In this document: piece by piece, positions 40,463-54,013 of the stretch | Numbering within the stretch: position 1 is the first letter of the stretch | How the letters are laid out: each line of letters begins with the position of its first letter | Assembly (NCBI GenBank): GCA_951406725.2 | Contig: OX597824.1 | Coordinates: 89,342,001-89,406,000 of the forward strand | DNA: 64,000 nt | Source: Octopus vulgaris | Taxonomy: Eukaryota | Reading direction: 5' to 3' | The notes under the pieces: model-generated | Told to the model about the DNA's origin: nothing | Seen by the model: the letters and a program-made list of their open reading frames with translations, nothing else | Database searches by the model: none | Program-made: the position numbers and the translations under genes

Positions 40463-40541
40463 ATAATTTACAGTTTAGAAGGAATAGAATAATTTGCAGT
40501 TTAGAAGGAATAGAATAATTTGCAGTTTAGAAGGAATAGAA
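40463..40541. repeat. 26-bp tandem repeat x3
   Basis: ATAATTT(A/G)CAGTTTAGAAGGAATAGA repeated three times. Confidence 0.9.
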
Positions 40542-41204
40542 CAGAAGAATAAAGAGAAAAAGTAGTTAGAAGAATATAGGCAGGAGAATAATGTTCATAT
40601 CTCATCTTTTTCCGGAGGAGATGGATGTTGGTCGGTGCTTCCATGAGGGTACAAGTTTTTTTTATACATGCTATAACGGAACCCTAATGCGGATCCCTAG
40701 ATCCATCCTTAGCTGTGAACTTGGAACCTAACGGCCGACTAACTATAGCACTTACCCATCGTACCTCTTCGTTTAGATCACAAGTGAACTAAACCCCATA
40801 TATTTTATATATAAAAGGTTTTCGCCCTCCATATACCGAAGAGATCTTAGGCCAACAGGTTTTGGGGTCTGACGATACGCCGTAAAGCTAAACCCTTCAT
40901 GGAAGGGAAACCCAGGGTAATCCCATAAACCGGCCTTCCCCATTAAAATATACACTGCTCTACATCTTAGAGTGTGTTTCTTCAGTCTGCTGAGATGATT
41001 CGAAAACACAACACCTAATAACCTAACAGCATATCTTTTCTATCCCTCTGATGAGATTTTTGCCTAATATAATGATTTAATATTTGCCATTTTAATCTTT
41101 AAGCTCAACTGAAACAGCTGTTAGAGAATATGTTGGATTTTTGCAGATAAATTTTTTATTAAATGCTATATCTCCATTTCCTTAATTTTCTTCAATATAT
41201 ATAA

Positions 41205-41260
<56 letters not shown>

Positions 41261-41529
41261 ACAGACGGAGAGAGAGAGAGATGGAGATGGACAGTCAAAC
41301 AGACATAGACAACAGATGGTTATTACAAGGTTTACACCAAACTTGGGAAGGATCTCGTCAGATACAATCACGTCGAGAACAGTTTAGCTGAATTGTTGAA
41401 GAGATACACGCACGCTCGTATTTACACGTGTCTGTGTGTGTGTGTATATGTGCCCCAGCATGGCCGCAGTCACATGACTGCAACAAGTAAAAGATGAAAG
41501 GTAAAAAGAATAAAGGAATAAAAGAATAT

Positions 41530-41716
41530 AGGTGTGGCTGTGTGATAAGAAGTTTGCGTCCCAACCACATGGCTCAGTGTGGCACCTTAGACATGGAATG
41601 ACCAAAAGCCTTGTGAGTGGATTTGGTAGACGGAAACTGATATATACATACACATACATACATACATACATACATACATACATACATACATACACACACA
41701 CACATATATGTATGTG

Positions 41717-41750
<34 letters not shown>

Positions 41751-42550
41751 TGTATGTATGTATGTATGTATGTATGTATGTGTGTATGTATGTACGTATT
41801 ATGTATGTATGTATGTATGTATGTATGTATGTATGTATGTATGTATGAATGTATGTATGTATGTATGTATGTATGTATGTATGTATGTATGTGTGTATGT
41901 ATGTATGTATGAATGTATGTATGTATGTATGTATGTATGTATGTATGTATGTATGTATGTATGTATTATGTATGTATGTATGTATGTATGTATGTATGTA
42001 TGAATGTATGTGTGTATGTGTGTATGTATGTGTGTATGTATGTATGTATGTATGCATGTATGTACGTATTATGTATGTATGTATGTATGTATGTATGTAT
42101 GCATGTGCGTTTGTCCTCTCACCATCGCTTGACACCGCTGTCGGTGTGTTTACATTCCTATAACTTAGCAGTTCGGTAAAAGAGCCGATAGAATAAGTAC
42201 TAGGCTTACAAAGAATAAGTTCTGGGGTCGATTTGTTCGACTAAAGGCGGTGCTCCATCGTGGCCGTAGTCAAATGACTGAAACAAATAGAAGTGTATAT
42301 TTTTTCTTTTATTCTTTTACTTATGTGTGTGTGTGTCTTTGTGTTTGTCCCCCGACGACATCGCTTGACAACCAATGTTGGTGTGTTTTCGTCCCCGTAA
42401 CTTAGCGGTTCGGCAAAAGTGACCGATGTAATGAGTGTTAGGCTTACAAAGAATAAATGGTTTGTTTGACTAAAAAACCGTTGAAGGCGGTGCTGCAGCT
42501 TGGCCGCAGTCAAACCACTGAAACAATTGAAAGACAAAAGGAATAAAAGA
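41530..42550 (+). mobile_element. SINE family A with greatly expanded internal (TATG)n, followed by a second 3' half (42320-42550)
   Basis: Head 41530-41640, microsatellite 41640-42105, tail 42105-42290; another tail copy follows. Confidence 0.8.
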
Positions 42551-42558
42551 ATATATAC

Positions 42559-42560
<2 letters not shown>

Positions 42561-42601
<41 letters not shown>

Positions 42602-42626
42602 GAGTAAGGAGACAGAGAATGAAGAA

Positions 42627-42664
<38 letters not shown>

Positions 42665-42734
42665 TAAGGAGACAGAGAGAATGAAGAAAGAGAGAGAGAG
42701 AGAGTGAGAGTAAGGAGACAGAGAGAATGAAGAA

Positions 42735-42768
<34 letters not shown>

Positions 42769-42793
42769 TGAGAGTAAGGAGACAGAGAGAATG

Positions 42794-42837
<44 letters not shown>

Positions 42838-42864
42838 GAGTAAGGAGACAGAGAGAATGAAGAA

Positions 42865-42912
<48 letters not shown>

Positions 42913-42960
42913 TGAGAGTAAGGAGACAGAGAGAATAAAGAAAGAGAGAGAGAAAGAGAG
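42561..42960. repeat. Compound purine-rich minisatellite
   Basis: Six copies of GAGTAAGGAGACAGAGA(GA)ATGAAGAAA separated by variable-length (GA)n. Confidence 0.9.
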
Positions 42961-43785
42961 ATAAAGAGCGAAAGATAGACGTAAGCGCATACGCGTATAT
43001 ATATAATTTACATATTCATGTTTGTACGTACGGGTGTGTGTGTGTGCACGCGTGCGTGGGTGTGAACGTGTGTCTGTGTGTGTGTGTGCGCGCGCTTTGG
43101 TGTGCGCATGTCTCTATACGTATCTCTCTCTAATCATCTCTCTGTGTGACTGTCTGTCTATCAAAGCCACGTCTAGTTCTTCAAGTTCCTTTCCCGGTTC
43201 ATCTCCTCTTTCCACTCCTCTTATTCTCCCCATCCTCTCTCTCTCTTTTTCTCTCTCTCTCCATCTCTCCATCTCTCTTGTCCTGCCTCTCCTCACACAC
43301 AAACATTCACATTGTTTATAATCACACACACACACACACACACACACACGTAGGTTTCCTAACTTTTTTAACCCCCCCTCCGCCGTCTCTGCCATTAAAA
43401 CAAACTTTCAAAAATTCTTCATCCTTCTGTTTTAATCTTTCCTTACAACCACGTACATCCTTATCCTTACTCAGCCTTCCCCCTCTGCCTGCAACCACCG
43501 CCAACCTCCTCCATCGTCCACCACCACCACCACCACCACCACCACTACTACTCCTACTACTACTACTACTACTATCATCGCAGTCACCACCAGCCCAGCC
43601 GCTCATCTGCTACAAGAGTTTTTGGCGCATTCTGTAGCAGGCAGCATCTGTTTGTTGCTTGCCACGGATCTATTCAACAAGCTCCGTTGGAGCTAAACAT
43701 CAAAACTTTGGATGTACACGGTGTGCTTTCTCGTCTGCTGACAGTCTGAGCCTCTTTCTACACTATATAAATATATACACACATT

Positions 43786-43817
<32 letters not shown>

Positions 43818-44399
43818 CAAACACACATACACACACAAATATATCACCTATATATATATATATATAGCTATACACATACAATCACACACATATACATATA
43901 AGTAAATATATATATATATATATATATCTATATTCAAATATCATACAAGCTATCGGTCACATTTTCTATACATTTTTATAGCCTATACACATATTTTTAT
44001 ATAGTTATATATACATACACATATCTTATAAAAGAGAAAGAAACCGTTAGAAAAGGAAGATATAAATATATACACACACATATATATATATACATATATA
44101 AAATACATATCTTACATTTCACATTTATAGTATAGGATATTATATATCTACACATTTACTTGTATACATACATGTAGAAACCGAGGTGCGACCCAGGCTG
44201 TGATCGAGGAATATTTACTCAGCAACCACAGCATCAACCATAACAAACATCATCATCATCATCATCATTAACTACAGCGCCGACATCATCATCAGCATCA
44301 GCATCAAACTCGTGGCCGTTGTTCTTAACAACAACAACAACAACTACAATTACAACACAAAGTACTACTAGAATTGCAATTACAACAACATCGGTCTGC

Positions 44400-44765
44400 A
44401 TGGATGCAGGGTCCTATGATAACGTGGAGTTTCCGATCCGGAAGCCGGTGACCACCTCTGGAAGCTACACTGTGTCTTCGAAGTATGTGAGTTCCGGCGG
44501 CAGCAGCAAGAGCGGTGGCGTAGGGGGCGGCAGCAGCAGTAGTAGTAGCACCACTATCAGTAGTAGTAACAGCAGTGGTGGTGTTAACTCATCCGTGTCA
44601 ACGGGTCGCATCCAAGTGCACCATGCCAACGCCAAGGTGGATAACATTAGCAACAGCCGACAGACGGCGAAACTGGCAACCGTGGAAGAAGGGAGTACGG
44701 AAAATGAGGACGGGAAAACTCACTCAACCGTGGTCATACAAAACAACACATTGGTCTCTTCGACA
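44400..44765 (+). CDS. Probable first coding exon of an unidentified host gene (122 codons, Ser/Gly/Thr-rich, likely disordered)
   Basis: GC-richer non-repeat ORF MDAGSYDNVEFPIRKP...HSTVVIQNNTLVSST ending exactly at ACA|GTAAGT (consensus phase-0 donor) followed by T-rich intron-like sequence. No family recognised. Confidence 0.7.
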
Positions 44766-44945
44766 GTAAGTCAACCAAATATTACTGACCCCCCTCTTCT
44801 TTCCTTCCTTCTTTTTTTCTTTCTTTCTTTCATGCAACTCTTTTTCGTTTCATTGTCATTGTTTTTCTCTCATCCTGTCATTGTTATTTTTCAACTTTTG
44901 TCCCTTTAAAGAATACTGTTGTGTGTGTGTGTATACATGCATGCA

Positions 44946-44981
<36 letters not shown>

Positions 44982-45036
44982 TGTTCCGTGTTTGTCCCTT
45001 CCTGTATTTCACGTTCTTTATATATAAAATATTTAT

Positions 45037-45097
<61 letters not shown>

Positions 45098-45099
<2 letters not shown>

Positions 45100-45246
45100 G
45101 GAGTAAACACATAAATGTGAAAGAAGGTGGAAAAAAGTGTACTCAAATACCAGTGGTAGAGTAATATGCTTTATTTAAAGCAGCAGAAAATTCAACAAAA
45201 CCTGTTACTCTGAGTTTCACGTTACGGTTCGTCGGACAGTTTTTGC

Positions 45247-45247
<1 letters not shown>
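45098..45247 (-). mobile_element. Family P2 element, single arm, with hammerhead motif
   Basis: Reverse complement of 18615-18762; ctgt-CCGACGA-ACC-GTAA-CGT-GAAA-CTC-A-GAG-TA-acag; follows (TA)n. Confidence 0.8.
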
Positions 45248-45278
<31 letters not shown>

Positions 45279-45541
45279 TGTGATTTAGAGAAAAACCACT
45301 CTTAAATAATTCAATAAAGAAAGATGTTATTCACACCATATAGAAAACATATACTATAAAAAAAGCATTAATTTTTAATCAATAAAGTACAATAAATAGT
45401 AAATAGTAGTAAAAAAAACTACGCACGTTTCATGTATATATATATATATATATTCTTATACAACAATATTATCGAAAGTGACTCCGAAGTTTCGGCTGAC
45501 TAAGCCATTGTCCAACGATGGCTTAGCTAGCCGAAACACAC

Positions 45542-45671
<130 letters not shown>

Positions 45672-46059
45672 ATTGACACCACTCCATCGTTTGTCAACTT
45701 TGTATTTATGATTCACCTCTCTCGGAACCTGCTCCTCTCATCCTCCGATGTGGACCGATTATGGACCGTATATTTAATAATACAACGTACGTTTCTGGAT
45801 TTGCCCAAAGGGCTGGGAATATCCTCATTTGGGTTCAATTAATCGTATAACATGACCTGAATATCTTTCTGCCTGTATTTCGGTACCAACGTTGGTATCC
45901 GTCTTTAGATGCTGTGTATGCATTTTAATTTTGACTCGATCCGGTGCCTTACCATTTAAGTGCCAGATTCACCTGCATCCTAATATATATATATGTATAT
46001 ATATATTTATAGACCATCGAGGAATTTGTATACATCTCTCTCTCTCTCTCTCTCTCTCT

Positions 46060-46108
<49 letters not shown>

Positions 46109-46659
46109 GCTTCTACATCGTTTTTACTTTTCCAACATCAATTTCACATTTCCTGCGTAATTTCGGGGAAAAGGTCATAATTTGGGGCTAGGGGTGACTG
46201 GATCATATCAACCTTCAATGCTTAATTAGTCCTTATGTTATTGGCCCCAATCTTCCGCTCCAGAAAGACAAAAGGTCAAGTTGACCACAAAAAGGTCCAC
46301 AGCACCCTTAATCCTGACTAAAACAGAACTAGGCCTCAATGTATTTTGCTGCCCTTCAACTTTGCACAATTTGCAAATATATTCACACACACACACGTGC
46401 TTGTATGTCTGCATGTGTGTGTGTGAGTGTGTGCTTAAGTTATTTTTATAAAACATAAATTCATGCAACGAACGGTTAATTCTTAATTGATGTATCTTAA
46501 TAGTTATAATTTTTTTAGTGTGTATCTAATTTGGCGAATTTTACATTACACTATCATCTCTATTTCTCTGCCCTCAATGTGTTAGCCCTAGGTCATCTTT
46601 TCTTGTGGGTAATCAACCATCGTCACAGAGCGAATACGCAAAATAATAATTTTAAAAAG

Positions 46660-47110
46660 AATTTTGGCACAAGGCCAGTAGTTTTTGTCGGAGAGGCAGT
46701 TAATAACAACAACTCTAGTTAGTACTTGGCCGGTAATTATTTTATCGACTCCGACAGAATGAAAGGCAAAACCGATTTCGGCAGAATTTGAACTCAGAAC
46801 GTAAAGCCGGACAAAATGCCGGTAAACATTTTACTCGGCGTTGCTAACGTTCCTGTCAGCTAGTCACCTTTATAATAATATCAATAATAGTTATAATCCT
46901 TTCTACAATAGGTACGAAGCCTGAAATTTAGGGGAGGTGGTCAGTCGATTACATTGGTCCCAGTGTTCAACTGGTACTTCATTTAACGGCCCTAAAGGGA
47001 TGAAATGCAAAGTCGACCCCGGCGGAATTTGAATTCAGAACGTAAAGACGGACGAAATGCCGGTAAGCATTTTGCCCGGCGCTGCTAAGGTTTCTCTCAG
47101 CTAGCAACTT
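46660..47110 (-). mobile_element. Two tandem SINE family B copies
   Basis: AATTTGAA(C/T)TCAGAACGTAAAG near 46786 and 47026, each followed by TAATAATATCAATAATAG, suggesting local tandem duplication. Confidence 0.8.
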
Positions 47111-47634
47111 TTGTAATAATATCAATAATAGTAATGATATAACGAATTAAAAATGAAAATTAAAAAAGAGAAAAAGCTAAAAATGTCCTGTCCACATTCG
47201 TTGGGTCTCAGCCATAATCTTCGCCTTCATGTAGTATGTAGCAGAACCCATTTTTTTTTCAAGGTTACTTACTGTCGATAGCTCAAATCGTTAATACAAA
47301 ACAAAATATTATGTGTAGCAAATTAACTGGTGCAAATCAATCGAATCGATTTTCGTCGAATTTGCATCGCAAACTCAACTCGCCACAAATGTAACATTAA
47401 CTGGCATCAAATCAAATCCAACTTCTTCAGTTCTGAGTCCTCACATTTCTCCTGTCCCCCACGCGCTGTATAAACTCTTACCAAAATCATAAAGACTTCA
47501 CTGAATAATTTATATATAACCCCTGCAGTAACAGCCGATAATTTGCTTAAGTTATCCAGGATGGGAGTCACTCAATCTGACATGAAGGGGTCATAAGTTA
47601 GATTATTATCGTTCGACATCACCTTAAATGTGAC

Positions 47635-47885
47635 GGGTCGGCAGAATCGCTTTGTCCCCTCTATGTTTAGCCCCTTGTGGGCAATAAACAAATAAGAATC
47701 GCTAGCGTGTCAGACGAAGGGCTTAGTGGCATTTCTTCAGACTCTACTCTGTGAGTTCAATTCTCTCAGAGGTCGACTTAACCTTTCATCCTTTCGGCGT
47801 CGATAAAATAAAGTACCAGTCAAATACTAGGGCTGATGTGATCGATTATGCCTGTCCCCTAAAAATATTGCTGTCCTTGTGCTAA
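47635..47885 (+). mobile_element. Old SINE family B interrupted by a 44-bp young SINE B tail
   Basis: Insert 47651-47694 flanked by AGAATCGC at 47643-47650 and 47695-47702. Confidence 0.8.
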
Positions 47886-48412
47886 ACTTTCATCGAATTA
47901 TACATCCTCTTATTGACCTTTCAGGGACAGCAAACTTATGCAAATAAATTTCTCTTCCTTAATCAACACTTTACTCACACACAACTTAAACACCTTGACC
48001 CTTTCCGATCTTCGTTTCGGACCACAATGTTTTTAACCTACTTTTTTTCTTTCTTTTTATTTATTTATTTATTGCATTTTCCCCTTTACCATTTCACCAT
48101 TTCGACCCTTTCCTCTCTACTAACCTAAAAATCAACAGCAACGAAAATAAATTTGGTAAATATAATTTTAAAAAATAATAATGATAAAATAGTTATTTCG
48201 ACGCTAAAGTCAATTCTCTGGAATCCCCACAAATCTGCTCCCCCACCCACCCAGCTGAAACCTTCTCAAATCCCCAATCCTTAACTGAAATCCTTAAATC
48301 TCCAGGTGGATATTTCCCGAGAATCGTAGATTCCACACATTCTTTGCCTTATATACACACACTGCCCCTCGACCCACTGCCATGCAACACCGCACACACA
48401 CACGTACACACA

Positions 48413-48457
<45 letters not shown>

Positions 48458-48477
48458 CATATATATCCTTATATATA

Positions 48478-48708
48478 TTTCTTTACTACCCACAAGGGGC
48501 TAAACATAGAGGGGACAAACAAGGACAGACAAACGGATTAAGTCGATTACATCGACCCCCAGTGCGTAACTGGTGCTTAATTTATCGACCACGAAAGGAT
48601 GAAAGGCAAAGTCGACCTTGGCGGAATTTGAACTCAGAACGTAACGGCAGACGAAATACGGCTACGCATTTCGCCCGGCGTGCTAACGTTTCTGCCAACT
48701 CGCCGCCT
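48478..48708 (-). mobile_element. Full-length SINE family B with 16-bp target-site duplication
   Basis: TATATCCTTATATATA at 48462-48477 and 48709-48724. Confidence 0.92.
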
Positions 48709-49919
48709 TATATCCTTATATATAGTCACTGCTCTTGCCCGTCTACCACACACACATACACATTATGCTCTTGACATACTGCCCTTGCCTATGCACTGCA
48801 CATTTACTCAAAAGCCGTCTACGCACGGTGCCCTTAACCCCAAGCACATAACAGAGTCCCCTACATTCATTACTATTGTCTCACTACTATACACTACACA
48901 CACACATTACATTGTCCTCATTCAGTCCCATTGTTTTCTGCCAACACCCCACACCCTTTCACACATCCTGTAGCACCCTACATCTAGTGCCCTTCTCTCA
49001 CACACTTATACATATTGTATACTCCTCAACATTCGCTGCCCTCGACCCACTTACAAAACACTCTGCCATGCGCCCATACATCACACAGTTCCTCAATACA
49101 CACTGCCCTTAACCCTCAACCCATTTCACATACATCACACTCGTACATATAAACATAACAGTCCGCTACATACAACTGCCCTTGTTTCTCTTACACTACA
49201 ATACTCTGACATACAATATTCTCCCATCGCCCATTTCTATATCCAGCATCACAGTCCAGACATACAAACACATTTACATATTTACGTTCGTAACTCTGTG
49301 AATGGGTGACCCTTCTTTTTTAACGGGCCCACAAAATGGTGATAAAAGGATCAGAGGAGTTACGATGTGAAGGCACCTATATTGGCCCCATGAAGGCAAA
49401 TGATATGGAGAATTTGAAGTATTGTACTTGATGGTATAAAAGACACAACAATTTAGTATCACTTATGCAAAAATCTTTTTAGTGCATTATCACTTATAAG
49501 GTGGTCCAAATTTGCATGTAGGATCTGTGGTGATTGGGGGGGGGTGCAAAAATTCATTTATGTAGAAGCAGGAAACATTTAATTAGTCAACAGTTCAAAA
49601 CAACTACTCAAGTACAACTTTAACCCTTTCGTTACCAACCTGGGCTGAAACCGACTCTGGCTCTGTAGTACAAATGTCTTGTTTTCGTAAGTTTTCAATT
49701 AAAATCTTCCACCTATATTGGCCTCTTCGACGTGGCCTATTCGGAGACAGAGGGGGCGAAGAAGACAAATCTCAGAACTTGACTGGTAATTAATATATTT
49801 ATCGACATCAAAGGAATGAAAACCAAAGTAGATCTCTGTAGGATTCGAAACTAGAACGGAGAGATTTGAAATAAATGCTGCAACACAAACGACTAAGCCA
49901 GTTCGCCCAATGCTGGTTT

Positions 49920-50522
49920 CCCATTTTGGTACGAGGCCAGCAATTTCGGGGCTGGGGTAAATCTATTACATGGACCCAGATGTTCGGCTGGTACTTATTT
50001 TATCGACCCTGAAAGGCAAAGTCGACTCCGGCGGCATTTGAACCCTGGTGTAAAAATGAATAAAATGCCGCGAAGCTTTTTGCTCTGCGTTCTAACAATT
50101 CTTATTTCGTTACTGCCCACAAGGGGCTACACACAGAGGGGACAAACAAGGACAGACAAAGGGATTAAGTCGATTGTATCGACTCCAGTGCGTAACAGGT
50201 ACTTACGCGCTGGAGTCAATATATGAAAGGATGAAAGGCAAAGTCGACCTCGGCGGAATTTGAACTCAGAACGTAGCGGCAGACGAAATACATATTTCTT
50301 TACTACCCACAAGGGGCTAAACACAGAGAGGACAAACAAGGACAGACAAAGGGATTAAGTCGATTACATCGACCCCAGTGCATAACTGGTACTTATTTAA
50401 TCGACTCCGAAAAGATGAAAGGAAAAAGTCAACCTCGGCGGAATTTGAACTCAGAACGTAGCGGCAGACGAAATACCGCTAAATATTTCGTCTGGCGCTC
50501 TAACAATTCTGCCAGCTCGCCG
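49920..50522 (-). mobile_element. Cluster of three nested/tandem SINE family B copies
   Basis: GAAAGG(C/A)AAAGTC motif near 50011, 50233, 50417; two CCCACAAGGGGCTA tails. Confidence 0.85.
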
Positions 50523-50587
50523 AGGGGGTGTTGAGAGAATTTTGCGGTCGTTAAACAAACTACAAATATTTGTGATATCGTGCTGTA

Positions 50588-50624
<37 letters not shown>

Positions 50625-50894
50625 ATAGAGTTGTCTTCTGCATTCATTGTCTGCGATTTCGACTGTTCTACAACAGCGCGTGTTTTACCCCGCCACGGAA
50701 TTAGAACGTGGAAACCTAAGACAGTAAACTAACCATATTACAGCATATCATACCATGTGGCTTCCACAGCTACTATATTCAGACACCGTGTGTGTGTGCG
50801 CGCGCGCACGTCTGTGTGCATGTGCGTGTGCGTGTGAATGTTTATATAAGGCAGTAGTTATTTATGAACGCACATTCAAGCCCATGTAATATAG

Positions 50895-50950
<56 letters not shown>

Positions 50951-50975
50951 GTATATATACATATATATATATATA

Positions 50976-51009
<34 letters not shown>

Positions 51010-51216
51010 CGTGTGTGTGTGTGTATGTATGTATGTATGTATGTATGTATATATATAAATGTTCATATAGTAGGAGCACCGCTCCTAATAATTACGGATA
51101 ATATGATCAACCAGTTATTATTCTGAAGAAAAAGTAAAAAAAAAAACTTTGTGCCAAAGTGATCACAATAACCGGCTTCAACACACTTTTTCTGTCTCTT
51201 TGTATTTCTATACACT

Positions 51217-51260
<44 letters not shown>

Positions 51261-51585
51261 CACAAATATATATATCACAAATATTGCGTCGATAAATTAA
51301 GTACCAGTTACGCACTGGGGTCGATGTAATCGACTTAATCCGTTTGTCTGTCCTTGTTTGTCCCCTCTGTGTTTGGCCCCTTGTGGGTAGTAAAGAAATA
51401 TATATATATATACACGCTTCCTATATACATACGTATGTATGTGTAAATTTTGCTGATGTTGGTGTATGAAGATTGCGGCGTAGGGAGAGCAATAATTTGT
51501 GTAATAGTGAGTGACGGGGGGAGAGGTTGAGAATTTTATTTATTTATTTATTATCATCATCATCATCATCATCATCATCATTATT

Positions 51586-51690
<105 letters not shown>

Positions 51691-52275
51691 TTCCTGCATG
51701 CGTAATGGCGAGTTTGGGGGGACCAGTTCCTCTCGTAAATAAAAAAAAAGCGGTTACTAATATTATATTAGAATCACTCATTCATTACTTTTTATACATC
51801 AATGTATGGTCGTATGTGTGCATGGGTTTGCTGTGGGGTGGCGGTGTGGGGAATCTATACACACACCCTCCTAAACACACATACATACATATACGGACGC
51901 ACGCATATATAGCCTGAAAGAGAGAGAGGAGGGGGAATTGGGCGATGGAGGAGTAGGAAGAGGAAGGGGAGAGACGGAGAGGAGGGGCGCCGTAGTTTAC
52001 ATACGTAGCAGAGAATGCTTTCATTGTGTACCATCTGTAAAAAGTCACTGTTTTAGCTCTGCAGCCTCTTTTGTTCTTTATATAAGTCACTACTAACGCC
52101 CGCACACACGTGCACACGAACTCACAAAAGCTCGCACACTCTTTCACTCACTCACTCACTCACGAACATGTAGGAGCAATGTTGTACATTATATTTACTA
52201 ATGTGAATGGACACGCAACATGAACATCTCTCTTCCTCTGTCTGTCTCTTCTGCTCACTATAACATGTGTGCAAA

Positions 52276-52662
52276 TGTTGTTGGAAGCACTCCGTCGGTT
52301 ACGACGACGAGGGTTCCGGTTGATCCGAATCAACGGAACAGCCTGCTCGTGAAATTAACGTGTAAGTGGCTGAGCACTCCACAGACACGTGTACCCTTAA
52401 CGTAGTTCTCGGGGATATTCAGCGTGACACAGAGAGTGACAAGGCTGGCCCTTTGAAATACAGGTACAACAGAAACAGGAAGTAAGAGTGAGAGAAAGTT
52501 GTGGTGAAAGAGTACAGCAGGGATCACCACCCCCTGCCGGAGCACCGTGGAGCTTTTAGGTGTTTTCGCTCAATAAACACTCACAACGTCCGGTCTGGGA
52601 ATCGAAACCGCGATCCTACGACCGCGAGTCCGCTGCCCTAACCACTGGGCCATTGCGCCTCC
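52276..52662 (-). mobile_element. Full-length tRNA-derived SINE, family D (about 390 bp)
   Basis: Minus strand GGAGGCGCAATGGCCCAGTGGTTAGGGCAGCGGACTCGCGGTC...GGTTTCGATTCCC tRNA-like head, unique body, (CAA)n end. Confidence 0.85.
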
Positions 52663-53013
52663 ACAAATGTACGCACACACAAACACGCACACACAAGTAT
52701 ATATGTATGTATGTATATATGTATATATAGTGGTGTAACACACCATACTAATCATATCTGTCGGGCATGTGGAAGAGAGTATAATTCGGCAGGAGGACTT
52801 AAACGACATGCAAAGGTACATGAAGTCCAATTACAACTACAGCCGACTATTACAAGTAAAGGTTTTAGTTGCTAATTTTGTACAAGACGTTGTAGATCTT
52901 TAGCTGGGCTAAAAAGTCACATTCGATCACAGCACCAGTAACAGTTAAGCTTCGTGCAATGGCCATACTCGATAACGAGGGGGCAGCCATAATAATAATG
53001 TATGTATGTATAT

Positions 53014-53245
53014 ATTTCTTTACTGTCCACAAGGGGCTAAACATAGAGGAGACAAACAAGGACAGACAAACGGATTAAGTCGATTACATCGACCCCAGTG
53101 CGAAACTGGTACTTTATTTATCGACACCGAAAGGATGAAAGGCAAAGTCGACCTCGGCGGAATTTGAACTCAGAACCTAACGACAGACGAAATACCGCTA
53201 AGCATTTCGCCCGGCGCGTTAACGTTTCTGCCAGCTCGCCGCCTT
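53014..53245 (-). mobile_element. Full-length SINE family B
   Basis: AAGGCGGCGAGCTGGCAGAAACGTT head through AAAGAAATA tail. Confidence 0.92.
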
Positions 53246-53367
53246 CGATGTATATATATATATGACGTCCTGTACCCATATATGCATACATACATACATA
53301 CATACATACATACATACATACATACATACATACATACAAACATATATATATACATATATGCATATAT

Positions 53368-53552
53368 GGGTACAGGACGTCACCAACAGTAAACATCATG
53401 AAATACGAAAACAAGTGTTAAATTCGCAAACGATGAGAGAAAAAATGGAAAACAGGACAAGTAATGCAAAGAATACAAATAACGACCCTTCATCAGTTGT
53501 CGGTTATCTATCTACTTACCATTTCGATCAATCAACAAGTATGAGTTTTCGA
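53368..53552 (-). mobile_element. Family P3-like element
   Basis: Minus strand CGAAATGGTAAGTAGATAGATAACCGACAA-CTGATGA-AGGG...GACGTCCTGTACCC; same layout as 21770-21960. Confidence 0.55.
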
Positions 53553-53557
53553 ATATA

Positions 53558-53709
<152 letters not shown>

Positions 53710-53978
53710 TGCATATAGGGAATGCATGCGCTAGGGACGATTTACAAAATGTCTGCGACGATACTGAATGCGTCGAATATTATCGAAAGCGGTTTGTAAA
53801 TCGCGTTTATAATTTGCCATCATTGATTATCGACTATCGATCGCAGAAACGTGCGTAGCGAACGCGAAATAAAAGAAATACAAAATTCATGCTTCATTTC
53901 TCTGTCTCTGTTTATCTCTGTCTGTCTCTCTTTCTCTCACTCTCTCTCTCTCTCTCTCTCTCTCTCGCTCTCTCTCTG

Positions 53979-54013
<35 letters not shown>

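Noticed and set aside
42561-42960. Repeat-spacer pattern reminiscent of CRISPR
   Set aside because: Spacers are only (GA)n of variable length.
52585-52662. tRNA gene (also heads at 15236, 54693, 62606)
   Set aside because: A/B boxes present but no acceptor stem; each continues into a SINE body.
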